Positions 39,496 to 51,627 of a DNA stretch of 64,000 nucleotides are shown here, in pieces. The notes under the pieces are model-generated. The model was not told where the DNA came from, searched no databases, and worked only from the letters and a program-made list of their open reading frames with translations. This DNA comes from Marsupella aquatica (taxonomy: Eukaryota; Plantae; Marchantiophyta). Position 1 is the first letter of the stretch. Every line of letters starts with the position of its first letter. The position numbers and the translations under genes were made by a program. The stretch spans positions 4,405,241 through 4,469,240 of the forward strand of contig OZ316899.1 in assembly GCA_973895155.1 (NCBI GenBank). Reading direction: 5' to 3'.

Positions 39496-42400
39496 TCTGA
39501 CGCCGCCAGCACGGCAATTAATGATTGATTTGGCCTAGCCATGCTTAGCACGCTTGTTAGGGGCACTATAGGCCATAGTTATTAGCATAACAACACTAAG
39601 TAGGTAGTACTTATGACTAGGGAATCATTAGTTAATAAGGGGCATTTGCATTCGGGATGGCAGCGGAGCGCCATTCGTACTCCCGGGTTACGAGCGTGTA
39701 AGGGGACACTTTGAGTTCGTACAACAAAATTCTTGAAGGCGACCGCTGACACGCTCTGAACCGGACCCGCAAGTGGCCAGTACAGTGGGAGCGTGAAAAG
39801 CTCGGCCTATGGGAAGAGAGGAGGGGCCGGTCGGACGATGAGCCCTTAGAGTATAAAAGGAGGGCCATTCTCTTGCATTACACTCACACTCCATTCCGCG
39901 CGCCAGCTTTGATCTCAACCACTTTGTCCCTTCCTAGTCGCCCGCCGTCACTCCTGGATGTCTGTCACGACATTGTCCAGTTCGGCCCTTCAATTTTGGC
40001 TGCAATTCCTATCCGTAGGAAGTCACTTAGCCAAGTCCTTAGCCGAAGTCAACCCGCACCGATACGAGACTGAACGATCTTACGAGAGAGCCATTCGTTT
40101 AGCCGGCCAAAATCACTATAACCACGACTTCGCCCTCCCTTTTCAGAGTGAGCTTTGCCAAGTCAACAAAATCAGTGAATACTTCTTTGTCAACAAGAAG
40201 TACGTTGGATTTCAGGAGGCCCTTCTTCGGATTCCGGACAAGGTTTACCATCTCCCGAGCACAATAGACTTGCAACCACACAATTACGACCATATCCCCG
40301 CCCGGGTTCAAGCCTCCATCAACTGTCAGTTCGGCCCTGCTCAAACAAGTGAGATTCCTATCCTAACATCACTCGACTTCTCCAGGAACTACCTGAATCT
40401 AATGACGCCTCCCCCAGCTGCAACTAGCGCCCACCAATCCGTGTCCGCACCAACACCGCCTCGGCCTCAGCCAAGCCGATCCCCACCACCAGTCGCACCA
40501 CCTCTACGAGTACAATCCATGGTGAATGCGATGAATATTAGCTCCAAAGACGAGGAAGCTCACCCTCCTCTGAATCGACGGCCGCGGGGTATGACTCAAC
40601 AAGCGCCAAGCAACCCGACACCACTCCAGCAAGCCCGAGGGGATAACACGGTGACTTTGGTGGCCCCGGCACCCATACTCACAGCAGTAGTGCTACCACC
40701 GCCTGACCAGGAGGAAGGAGAGATGTTGTCCTCTTCTAGTCACCCCGGGAATCAGTCTCGGGGTAGAAAGAGAAAGGAACCCGCAGCTATATCGGGGTTG
40801 CCTTTGGCCACGGTTGCAGTGGCCAAGCTGACCATGCATCGCATGGGGGAGAATGTTCACAAGAACATCCTCCACCCCAAGCATGCATGCTATCTGAAGA
40901 CCCAAGGGTTTGAGCACCTTGCCTCTCTCCCTTGGAATGGAAGCAGGTACTACGGGCAGGATATGACGGAGTTCATCCAGAACTTTGACGAGGCCCGCCA
41001 ACAAACCCGAGCGCACGAGAGAGTGATGTGTCTCAATGAGGCACATTTGAAGATGATTTTTGGCCTACCCGAGGGGATAAATTGGGTAGAGTTGCGGGCT
41101 CCTGGGGGCAAGGGAGCTAAATACCAGTCTTCTAGCTTCCCTACCGAGGGAGCTGTGGACAACGGATTCTTGATGAGGACGTGCCTCATCTCGGAGGTAG
41201 CTGAACGCCTAGAGTTCCAGCGGTATGCCCTCCATATGATGGAACCACGGGGCAAAATATCTACCGCCCAGGTCATACAAGTAGAGAACTTTCGGCCTAG
41301 GAAGTGGGCGTCCTTCTTTGTTAAGAAGTTCCATGAAGAGATGGAGCGGAGAAGAAAGACCTTGTACATTGGCAGAAAGGCGCACTTCGCGAGCCACATC
41401 AAGATTATCATCAAATGGTATGCCTGTTTTGACTGCCGAAGCCTTCCCCGTTGCAACGAGATGGAATTGACTCCGTCAAAGTGGGTATTCCCAGCTCAGG
41501 AGAGGTGACCACAGCCCAAAGCCCAAAGCCTAGCAGTCGTAGAACCTGCTTCTCCGGCCCCGCAACCAGCCACTACCGCCCCACCAAGCGTACCCATGGA
41601 CGCAGTTATCACGACCTTGGAAGCGATCAACCGGGTCAACGCAATCGAAGCCGGGCCGGCTGAGGCCGGACCCGAACCCGAACCCGACACTATGGTGGCC
41701 GAGGAGATTCTGCCACCCCCCACGGCCGTGCAAGAGAATCGCCCGGTGGAACCAGCCCCTTCGATCGACTTACCTCAAGGGCTGGATGTTTCCACTCCTA
41801 CTCCCTTGCGGGCTAGGGTCTGCCCATGCTCGAATCCAAATGGACATAGTCTGGACCATCCGAAACTCTTTGCGCCGGGCACATTTTTGAACGGGTTGTT
41901 GGAGATCTCACAAGATACCGGGGAATACATGGCACGGAAGGTGGCCTACTTCTTCAACCAGGAGTTGGTTGCGACCGTAAAGGCAGGACATGCGCAGGCA
42001 GAGACAACGCAGAGAATAGAGCGATATCGGGTTGAGTCTGCCTACCTGAAGGACAAAGTGGCAGCCCTGGAGACTGAACTCCAGCAACTGCAACCTCAGG
42101 TAATGGCCACGGAGGATCAGGTTGCCGAGGCCAGGGCCCGGGCAGCCTTAGCAGAGCAGGCCGGGCTCGGAAAGGACTCCGAGATTGCATGGCTCTAGAC
42201 CAAGATTGACGGTTTGAAGGGACAAGCCGTCAGTTGGCAGAAGGATCTGGAGGAAGCTGACTCTTGATCTCAGCGAGACGCAGCCGAGATTGACACCCTG
42301 AAGACAGAGGTAGCATGGCTTCAGGGAGAGGCCACGAAGCAGGCCCAGTTGGTGGATAAGCTGACGAGCAACGTCCAGCAACTGGAGGAGGCATGTCAGG

Positions 42401-42969
42401 AGGCCGCGGAAGAGACAGACGCGGCAAATGCGGAGCCGGGCTCCGTTGTAGTGTACACCCTCGGCCTTGGACCTGTTCATTTGAGAGCTTCCGGGTCAAC
42501 TAAGCGTACGTGTATGTCCGCTATGTAAGTAAAATCCTTTCCCATTATTTCCTTCGTGTAAATCAAGATTGTATGCTTGTGCATGTGCATACGTGTGAAT
42601 CTCGTGTATGGATGCCAGCGCTTGGCCGAATGCACTACCCGAACCGTGCACGAGGTGCAACTTGCGGGTAAGTGGTTACGAGCACGGGTTGAGTAACTAT
42701 ATCATCAAATCCGGATCGAAGGCGGACAACACAAAGGCTTAGAAGCCCGTAAGCCGGGGTCAATCCCGCTATCAACTAAGGTATGTTCCGGCGGAGGAAC
42801 ACAAACCATACCTAGGAGGTGTCCGTAAATAACAGTAGATGCAGTTAGCGCTAGTTTATGTGAGTTAGGTGCATTTTGTGCTTCCCTCCTTGCCCGAACC
42901 CTCATATTTACGAAGGATGTGCTTGTCTAAGCCGAAGCCCAAGTTAAGGCCTAGGCTGACGACATGGCA
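39496..42969 (+). mobile_element. Giant solo LTR, family B (copy B2, 3474 bp), TSD ACTGT/ACTGC, internal deletion of about 0.48 kb
   Basis: Mutated termini TCTGACG...CATGGCA and a 4/5 TSD. Colinear with B1 except for a deletion at about 42425. Confidence 0.88.
39958..42430 (+). pseudogene. LTR-encoded accessory gene in B2, 3'-deleted
   Basis: 516-aa open segment 39958..41508, then frameshift and stops. Matches B1 along its length. Confidence 0.8.
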
Positions 42970-45019
42970 ACTGCAAAGATCTTGTCCACAGATTCACTCA
43001 GATGTTCGGCTGCAACACCAAGCAAGTTTATTCTGCAGTTTGCTATCATACCTCAGCATCAGGCTCTCCCATTTCTTATTCTAGTTCTCCTTCTAGCCAT
43101 TCACCTACCTCTCCTTATAGTCCTTCAAATCAACCAAGCCAACTTTTCCCTAGTTTTCTAGAACCTGAGATCACTCCTGCAGGTGCACATCTTGCCATTT
43201 CTTTCCCTTACACTCTTCCACCTAGTCAAGACAAATCATGCCAAGTCAATTTTATCCCTACCCTACATATTGATCCAAAAACCCCTCAGGAAAGTATTAA
43301 AAAGTTTGCTGAGTTTGTTGGAGTCTCAGGCCTTAGATCTCCTCCTATCTTAGAGTTCTGGAAACATTACCATAAGAAGAGAGTTGAATGCCTTTATATC
43401 TTGAAACTTCATTTGTTAGAGGTCACTCGCTTGGAGATAACAGACATGGATGAGATGTGGACAGAAGCTGAGTATTTTTGCCTTGTTCTCGCTGTCATGA
43501 TCCTCGTTGGACACATTGTATTGGAGAATGGAGATCTGGCTCTAGCTTATTTCGGGAACCTATCTGCTTATGTCCTGGAGTTCATCGTTGTCTTCTTAAG
43601 ACAAACCAAGAGGAGATTCCCGATGAATCACGAAGCTTCTCCAGTCCAACCTAATGTTCTCCAATGATTTGTTACTCTAGTCACTAAGAAGCAGAGGATC
43701 TGGAATAATATTACTTCTCAACGATTAACAGAGTATACTCTGAAGTGACGTGAACTCCTACCTAGAGTTACTTCACTTCTACCACTTGCCAGAGACTCTG
43801 AGATATTCATGGCCAAGTTTCCTCAAAACTACCATGCTACTTGCTGCACTTACAATTTCATTGGTATTTACATGCAAGCTAGCAAGGTAAATACCATGCT
43901 ACACCGGAGGCTACTTCCTGTTCTGGATCTTGAACGACAGCGGAAGTCTTTACCTTTCTATTGGCATCACACTCAAGACATGGATGTAATTCGAGAAGCT
44001 ATGCAGACAAACACCTACACAAGAGCTTAGCAACCAGATCAGACAGCACTACTCTAACAAGATTAATTCTCCTGTGACCATAGTTAAGTTATATAGATTC
44101 ACGTAATTTTAGTTAAATAGTTAAAGTAGTCAGAAAAGTCTCATACTTTTCTAGGAGATAGCCCTTATGTAATAGAACCTACCCTGAAAATCTCAACTCA
44201 AACCTACATGTGGTTTGAAAGTTAAAAATATTTTAGTTTTACTATTTTTTCTTAAACGCGAAATTGCTAATGCGCTTATGCGCCTATGAGCTTATGCGCG
44301 AATGCGCCCAACATTTAGAAAATTTACCAGTTTTCATTTTTTGTAATATTTTTAACACTTTTACCTATTTTATTGAGGCACTTAGACACCTCAAAAAAGT
44401 CTCATATTTTGCTAGCATGAAGAATATACATCATAGACCACTTAAGCAAAGTTTTACCTTTTTATGACTTTTAGTTTAGAAATTAAAACTAGGACATAAC
44501 CCCTATTTATTAGGTTTACCACAATTCCACTTTTACAATAGTTAACCTCTAAAATACTTTTTAGTTAGTTTTTCATTCTAGGAACATTTCACTGAACTTT
44601 AGGTACTCCTGTAGTACAATTTTGTTACTTTTACTTTACCCCATGACCCTTGAGATATATAGTAAACATGTTTCTTACGGATATAGTGAACATGTTTCTT
44701 ACGGATATACCACCTAAATCACATCAAATGAAGTTATGTTGAGGAGTCACCTTGGTTGTTTCCTAACTCCCTCACCATACCTCAAGATTTTTATTGTGTT
44801 TTGTTAATTGTTTCTATTTTGTTATTTTTATTTACAATGTTAAGCAAACATTCAAAACTATGCCTTGCTGAGCAACCATAATAAAAGGCTCATCTTTGTG
44901 TTTTTGTTACTTAAATCATTTATAAGTGCTAAATCATTGAAAATCATTCCTTACATGTTCTTTCATGGGAACGAATACCAAGTTTTGGATTTTAAATGTT
45001 TATTTATGTCCCTAGTGTG

Positions 45020-45607
45020 ATACTACAGTTAGGTGATGATCATAGTCGGATTTTTGCCAATGTTCGCCAGGTGAGGTCTTGGATTGGACCTGCTGTGTTA
45101 TTGGATGTTGCATGTGTGGGTTCTCGGGCACATCGTCCACGTTTGTGGTGGACTAATTTGATCCCATGTGAGGTGCTGAAGTGCGCATTTAATAGCATTC
45201 CACGCTCACCAGCCTTAGTGGTGGATGATATTTTGGATCTAGGGCGTCGTGCACAGGGTGTGACCCAACCTGATAGACCTCCATTAGCAGTGGTCAATGT
45301 AGTTAGGCGCCCACGTTGTGCATTACCCACTCTTGTGAGCCACTCTGCTTCATATGCATTCACGGCAGGTGGTCCTGGACTTGTGTGGGACACAACTCTC
45401 CAGTAGTTAGTGGAACCTACTGCTGATGAGAGGGAGCGTGCTATGATATTTTTGACAGACACCACTGCAGTTGCCTCAGTGTCAGAGAGTTCACACCGCC
45501 AAATCCTTGGTCAAGCCATGGATTTGAATTGCTTGACTTGGATTATCAGCTTGGGAGTAGCTGAACAGTTGCGGATGCGCTCTGTTGGTGTTACTAATCG
45601 TCCATGA
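45020..45607 (+). pseudogene. C5 cytosine DNA methyltransferase (DNMT3-like) C-terminal half within a Gypsy pol
   Basis: LLDVACVGSRAHRPRLWWTNL (motif VIII-like) and EPTADERERAM..SHRQILGQAMDLN (motifs IX/X-like) in one frame with one stop. Motifs I, IV and VI are missing because of 5' truncation. Confidence 0.75.
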
Positions 45608-45851
45608 GTGAGCTTGCGGTCCACTAAGACAATGATGACCACAGTTGGGGGCAAGCAGATAGGCCATGGACCTATGGCAGGATTGGCCAAGGTTGGACAA
45701 ATTGTTGAGCATAAAGAGACTGCTCAATCTACTGCTAAATAGCAATTATCGGCTATCTCTTCTACCCTACAAAAAGACATTAGGGATCTGGTGGAGAGTT
45801 GGAAGCCATAGATTGGTCCTAAGTTGATAGGGGAGGAGAGACGTAGCATGC

Positions 45852-47290
45852 ATGCATCAATTCCTGAAGAGTTATTGGAATTGTTTTGCATTGAGCATGA
45901 AAGATTTGGGGACATTGAAGGGCCCTGGTATTCAAATTGAATTGGCTAGTGATGCGTCAATCTTTCATAGACCATACCATTATAGTGACATGGAGAGAGC
46001 TCTGATTCAAAGCAAAACTCAAGATTTGTTGGAGGCTGGATTGATGGAGATTTCATATGGGGAGTATGCATCTGCCACAATGATGCTAACCAAGAAAGAT
46101 GTGCATAGCAATTACACAAATAAGTGCATGTGGGGTGATTACAGACCTATTAATTGCCAGACAAAATCTGATCGATGCCATGCCCACACGTGAGGAGATC
46201 TTTGATGTTGTGGGGCATGCAAAGGTTTTCAGTTCATTGAATCTGAGGGCAGGGTACCATCAGCTTCCAATTAGGCATGCTGACAGTTCCAAGACAACAT
46301 TCTAGGGGATTGATTCTTATGGCAAAGATTGTTTGTATCAGTGGTTGTTCTTACCATTTGGGTTGAAGAATGCACCAGCTGAGTTCCAGAGAGTCATGGA
46401 TCAAATCCTTGCAGGTTTGAATTTTGTCAAATGTTATATCGATGATATTTTGGTCTATTCTTCTACTATGGAAGAACATCAACAGCACTTGCAGATTGTG
46501 TTGGAGAGATTGAGAGCACATGGATTGAACCTCCATCCTGACAAGTGTAAGTTCTTCCAAGACCAGATTGAGTATTTTGGCCACACTATATACCCAGGGG
46601 GATTGGGTGTACAACAGACTAAAGTGGAGGCCATTACGCAGATTCCTCATCTTACTAATGTGAGCAAAGTTTGTGCATTCTTGGGATTGGCAAGCTACTA
46701 TAGGAGGTATGTTAAAGGATTTAGCCAGCTTGCTAAACCTTTAACCATACTCACTAAGTTGGATCAGGAATGGGGGGCATTGTTGTTGCAGGAGTATGAT
46801 TTCCAGTTGTACATAGACTTGGAAAGATGAACTTGGATGCAGATGGGTTGAGCCGCAACCCATATACCAGTCAACAGGATGAGACTGGAGCCAGATGGCA
46901 TGATGAGTCAGATAAGGAGATGGTGCCAAGATGGCATGCATCTGCCTTTCTTTGTTGGGTGCTAGCATACAATGGATCTGTGGACTCTACCTCATTGGAT
47001 GGAGTGGATGAGGAGTTTTCAGATGTGGATGTTGGTGAGGTAACTTCTAGACAGTCAGCAAGATATTCACAATGATGTGAGAGTGTTGAAATATCTACGC
47101 AGTGGTTCTATTGTTGGCAGTGTTGATGCCAAGGAATGTGACAGGGTTCTACAGAGAGCCAAGAGGTTTTGATGGGAGGAAAACCATCTTTTGAGAGTAC
47201 TGCGTGATGGTAGGGTGTTGGTGGTACCAAAGCCATCACAACGAGTACATTTTGTGCAACATGCGCACAAGGAGTTGGGTCACTTTGGTA
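45852..47290 (+). pseudogene. pol: Gypsy RT with deleted RNase H and integrase N-terminus
   Basis: GDYRPIN, LRAGYHQ, LPFGLKNAPAEFQR, CYIDDILVYS. It jumps from AKPLTILTKLDQEW to LLLQEYDF, then HKELGHFG zinc finger start. Confidence 0.85.
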
Positions 47291-47295
47291 TGAAG

Positions 47296-47690
47296 CTCCC
47301 CCTAGCTGGGAGTAAGGTCCTCTAACTCTAGCTAGCCATGAGTTCTACAAGGCTGATATACACCTTTTTAAGTGTGAAGATCAGGAGGCCAAGTGCAAGT
47401 GAGCCCCATCAATCACCTTCTTGCAATCCATATCTGCCAAGAGAACACAAATGATAAATAATCGGTTTCACCAACACTAAGGACACAACCATGATCCACT
47501 AGGAATTACCTACAATGGTGGTGTCAAACATGACATGTGCCATCCTCTAGAACACTTAACACAAATCAACATAGTAGTTGCTCCCTGAGCATATTCACAC
47601 AACATACATTTCAAGCCAGCACAAACATGTGCCAAGCTTGGATCTATTGTACCATCAATGTTGGGAAGGTGACATGGTGCACAATACTCA
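47296..47690 (-). pseudogene. Inverted Gypsy integrase C-terminus with PHD finger and PPT
   Basis: CAPCHLP then CMLC..MLICVKCSRGWHMSCLTPPL*VIPSGSWLCP*C (C4HC3). AGGGGGAG on minus at about 47296-47303. Confidence 0.75.
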
Positions 47691-48442
47691 TTCAAATATT
47701 GCATCTTCAGGGAGTCGGCCAGGTGATGGCGGATTAGAATCAAGGCCCTGGCCTTTTGTTGGAGGGTAGGACCAGCATCAGAGATAATGGTGTCTTGTAG
47801 GTCCTTGGCCGCAAGGTGTGCTTCAAGTCCAAGACCCATGATAGGTAGTTGGTGCCATCAATTGTCAAGGCCTGAAAGTGTAGCTTTTCTATTGAATTCA
47901 TAGTTGGGTTTCTTGTGGTAGGCCTGTGACTAATATTTAGTGCCGCTCAATTTAGTTTCAAGGTTGAATCCCCCTAGCTGGGGTGGCTCATAGTCTATTT
48001 GCAATCCGGCCAGTTTTCCCACGCCATATTGAGTTTGTGGCAGATGGGCTCAATGTCTACAAATTCAATATTCAATAAAGTGAAATTCAATTTTTGTTTT
48101 GTCGTTTCTCCCATTGCAATTTTGGTGCATCCGTCCCGTTTGAATGGTTTATTTTGAAGTGTTTTCTATCAGGGAAAAAAAATTGTATGCGGTTCCTTGT
48201 CCCTTTGAGAAAATTGTGGCATTCTCCTCAAGCAGCCATAGCCTACAAAACAAATTCAGCCGTTCTAGGCTTGTGCTGATAACGTGTTGAGAGATACATT
48301 CACCATAGCAGAATACACCAACAACATCTATTCTCCCATTAGAGGGTAATATGTATGTGTGGTACATAGGTGGGCAGTTATGTAACTGCCTCCATCCTAT
48401 TAACTAAGGTTGTTAATTAGGGTTAGATTTAGACTTATAACA
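47690..48442 (-). mobile_element. 5' fragment of a second Bianca Copia: LTR 48285-48442, PBS 48273-48284, gag start
   Basis: TGTTATAA...CAACA LTR and CGTTATCAGCAC PBS. EAHLAAKDLQDTI..ALILIRHHL matches the gag at 24200. Confidence 0.85.
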
Positions 48443-49238
48443 CTTAAAACATTTTGGGGGTTTTTAAGTAAACATGGCCAAATTTAAAGAAATAAAGGGT
48501 TTTGCAAAGAAAAATAAAAATTTCACTTCTAAGTTAGGGGGTCAAACCCTAAAATGCTGCACGTGATGTATAGCCCTCCATATAGTGACCCCCCAAGATC
48601 AAGTCAATCAGTTCTCACAATGGGCAAAGCCCGTTACTTACTTGATCGGCAGTCTCGAACAGACAGACATTTAGACCATTTTCCAAACATTTAACAACTC
48701 TCAAGGGTGTTTGTCTTTTCTAACGACAGAAGTACATGCTTGTTTAAAATTTAAAATTTTGTGTTGCCCATTACTAGCTTAGGGCGCTAGTAAAACTGGA
48801 AGATGCAAGGATCCGGAGTTTTGATGTAATAAACCAGGGTCTTGTGTGGAATGACCAATATTTTGTATTGGATTTATGATGGAGTGGTGGGCCCCATTCT
48901 TACAGGCAGTAGATCAATGCTCATGTGCATGTGTAATAGAGGCTTTTTGCTGTTTTGTAACACTAAGATAAAAAATAAAAAATCGTACAAGTAAACAGTT
49001 TCTCGTAACCAGATTTAATGTCATTAGTAAGCCAACTACTCATAACAGCAAATCTGTTTATTAGTTTCTGTCACACTGGTTATACCCAGCCTTACTATGC
49101 AAAGGCAAAAGGATCATATATATATATGGATATCAACTCCACCTTATGGAAACATACCAAAATTTGCAAGAATTTACCTGTGAGTGCAATATGTTTAGTT
49201 CAAGAACAATAATGCAAGAAAACATGGAAAAGCACTAC

Positions 49239-49604
49239 CTTGTGACCACGGATCTTCAAGTGCAACAGCAATCTTGCCAATAATTTCAGTTTACCGCATT
49301 GTTCCAACATTTCCTCAATTGGAGGATACTTAACTGTTTCATAACCACATGGGGGATAAGAAATTGTACAAAAGTTTTCTCATACTCTACCTGCTTCTGA
49401 AAAACCAAACAACAACTTTAAACATTGCTGGACCATCTCCTGTTATTTCAAAAAATAAAATTTTAAAGAACAAGTGTAGTTTTGGTCTAGCATTGGTGTA
49501 AGCTTTACCAGTATCCTCAAAATGAGAGGAAAGGAGATCTGGATGATTTGCATTCTTCCTTAGTTGCATGACTATATTGTTTAGTCTGGTCCTTGAAATT
49601 GGGC
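49239..49604 (-). pseudogene. DDM1: Two exons of a DDM1/LSH-like SNF2 chromatin remodeler (exons 49509-49604 and 49239-49333)
   Basis: AG/GT-bounded exons with a 175-nt intron splice in phase to RLNNIVMQLRKNANHPDLLSSHFEDTVKYPPIEEMLEQCGKLKLLARLLLHLKIRGHK. This matches the DDM1 segment before the helicase C lobe. No other exons were found. Confidence 0.8.
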
Positions 49605-50997
49605 CTGTGCATGGAGATACAAAATTATTAGTTCTTTGCTACTTCTGTCATTGAGATCATAACAACTAGCCAGGTTAAATGAATGTTCAGTTTTTTGGTG
49701 TAACTGTGTGAGACCCATGGGGCATCCCTAATAAGCACCCTGTACTTTTTGGTAATTAGGAATCAAATGATGACATAGTTATTTGAATAAGATAGGATTA
49801 GTGTAGGTAATCATGATAAGAATAGGGATAGGGTAAGGTGCACTATTTCACCGGTTAATGACCAATGTTGGTTACTACTCAGCCCGCCCTAAACTTTTCT
49901 CAACTTGGCAGTTGAGTTGGGCTCCATCTTAACTAAACTTTCCATGTTTGGAGAATGGACCATAAGAATTATTATTATTGTAAAATTGAGGGGAAAGTTT
50001 TGGTCTGTTTTTGTAGTGATATACGGTTCTGCACGGTGTGGAAAGGTCCCATCTTGGCTGACCTTGCAAGATTGGCATCCATATGGCCCCCTCCCCCCTC
50101 CCCTCGGATTTTGGGCCACAACATCTTGGATGCCTCCCTCAATGATGTGGTAACTGAATATATCAGCTGAATAATAGCCTTGAGAAATTTTGATATAGTG
50201 ATACTTGGGTAGATTGGCATTAAATAGGCCAGGATCTAGCTGGACAAGCCAATGAGTTGCAAACATGACTTGCACCTATTCATATCCGCATTGGTGTTGG
50301 GCCCTCTAAGGTTTTCTGTTGGATTGGCCATCCGGGATTTGGATAAGGATGAGGAGACTTTGATGAGCATAAACCTTTATTACATGTACTGTTTGTCGGG
50401 TTTGGCATAGGCGCAAACTTGTGGTAAGACCCTCAAAATCTAGGAGATGGCGGCTGTTGGTACTCGACATTCCCACTCCCAAGCTTTCCTAGGGAATCCC
50501 ATAAATTTGGTGGCTCAAAAACTCATTTTCTACCTCACGCTTTGACATTATCGTCGCCTGATCCCTATCGGTTTGCACTTACACTCTGTTTTTACTCTTG
50601 ATTGAACTCATTTTATCAAAGAAACCCAAAGGATAAGGGCGCATTGTAGTGGGATTTAGTCTAAGCAGCACTAGGGACAATATGAGTTCCCCATGGAAGA
50701 TTGCTGCAACAGCAAAGGTGGCATAGGAGATGGACTTAATCAACGGACTACGAAGGTTAGTATCACCCTTACCGCTCTCGGATTTTGGACCCTATTTGGG
50801 GAGGTAGGAGCCAAGCTATCAGAGACTTACTAATATTCTTGCTCCAAGAAGTCTGTGTATGAATGACGGTACACTAAATTGGTGATTAAGGTAGCGCAGA
50901 TCAACTGCAAAAAGATCACTCTCACCAAGAATTTTGGATACAACAAGATCTAACATTTCACTAACTCTGGAGATTCTTTTGTCCAAAGTTGAAGAAT

Positions 50998-51105
50998 GAA
51001 ATTTCCAAAACATTCATTTCAAAAATCCAAAAACGTGATCTGAAATTTCCAAAACCCAAAATTGAAGTTTCCAAAAGCATACTTTTAAATTTCCAAAACC
51101 TAGTC
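50998..51105 (+). repeat. Spaced AAATTTCCAAAA repeats (about 4), possible subterminal array of the giant element
   Basis: The motif recurs downstream of the FCP1 domain. Confidence 0.5.
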
Positions 51106-51627
51106 CACTGGATGAATTACGAATTCAAAGGCAATGAAAAAAGTACTCCTTCAAATGAATGACTGAAATTACTCTTTATAATAAATGGGACACTAACGGT
51201 GGTGCCGTACATATATTTTGATATCCCTTCATGGGACTTCATTGTTGGGTTTTTTGCTAACTACAACATCGTCTTTCTCTAAAGTGACTACAAAGTTGAC
51301 TAGACAACTACACATATTTGACTAGACAACTACACTAATCATATCAAGAATATTTGTGAACTAACAAATGAAGGATAGCTTGGTCACATACACCCATTTC
51401 TCCTCCTTCCTAAACTGTGTTCATCTTCCAAAACCCCTGCCAAAGCCTCCCCTCTCCCCTCTGCGTTCCGCCATAGTCCAATTGTGTCCGCCTTCAAGCC
51501 AAAACAACTCCTCTCCTCCTCTCCTCTGCTATTGGGCCAAACCGAAAGGAATGATTCCAGGGTTGCGCATTGCCCTTTACCCCTCCATCCAAATGGGGCT
51601 AATTCTAATCTATATGAAACATATTCA

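Larger units (their letters stand above)
37380..44330 (+). mobile_element. Unclassified element (family F) with an accessory ORF homologous to 12537..14369, interrupted by solo LTR B2
   Basis: Starts where Copia RNase H stops. Broken ORF 37882-39495 continues at 42970-44030. GCTTATGCG motif clusters lie at both ends. The 3' boundary is uncertain. Confidence 0.55.

Noticed and set aside
22231-48442. LTRs at 22231-22426 and 48285-48442 as the two ends of one Bianca insertion
   Set aside because: They are homologous but differ in length (196 vs 158 bp) with many differences, and no TSD is apparent. More likely separate relatives.
48608-48640. FSQWAK on the plus strand as the next DDM1 exon (VLIFSQW)
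   Set aside because: Wrong strand relative to the DDM1 exons, and the flanking residues do not match.
49690-51600. CACTA terminal inverted repeat for the giant element
   Set aside because: Scattered CACTA pentamers (about 49839, 50668, 50870, 51188) lack a typical terminus or subterminal context, and no partner end is available.
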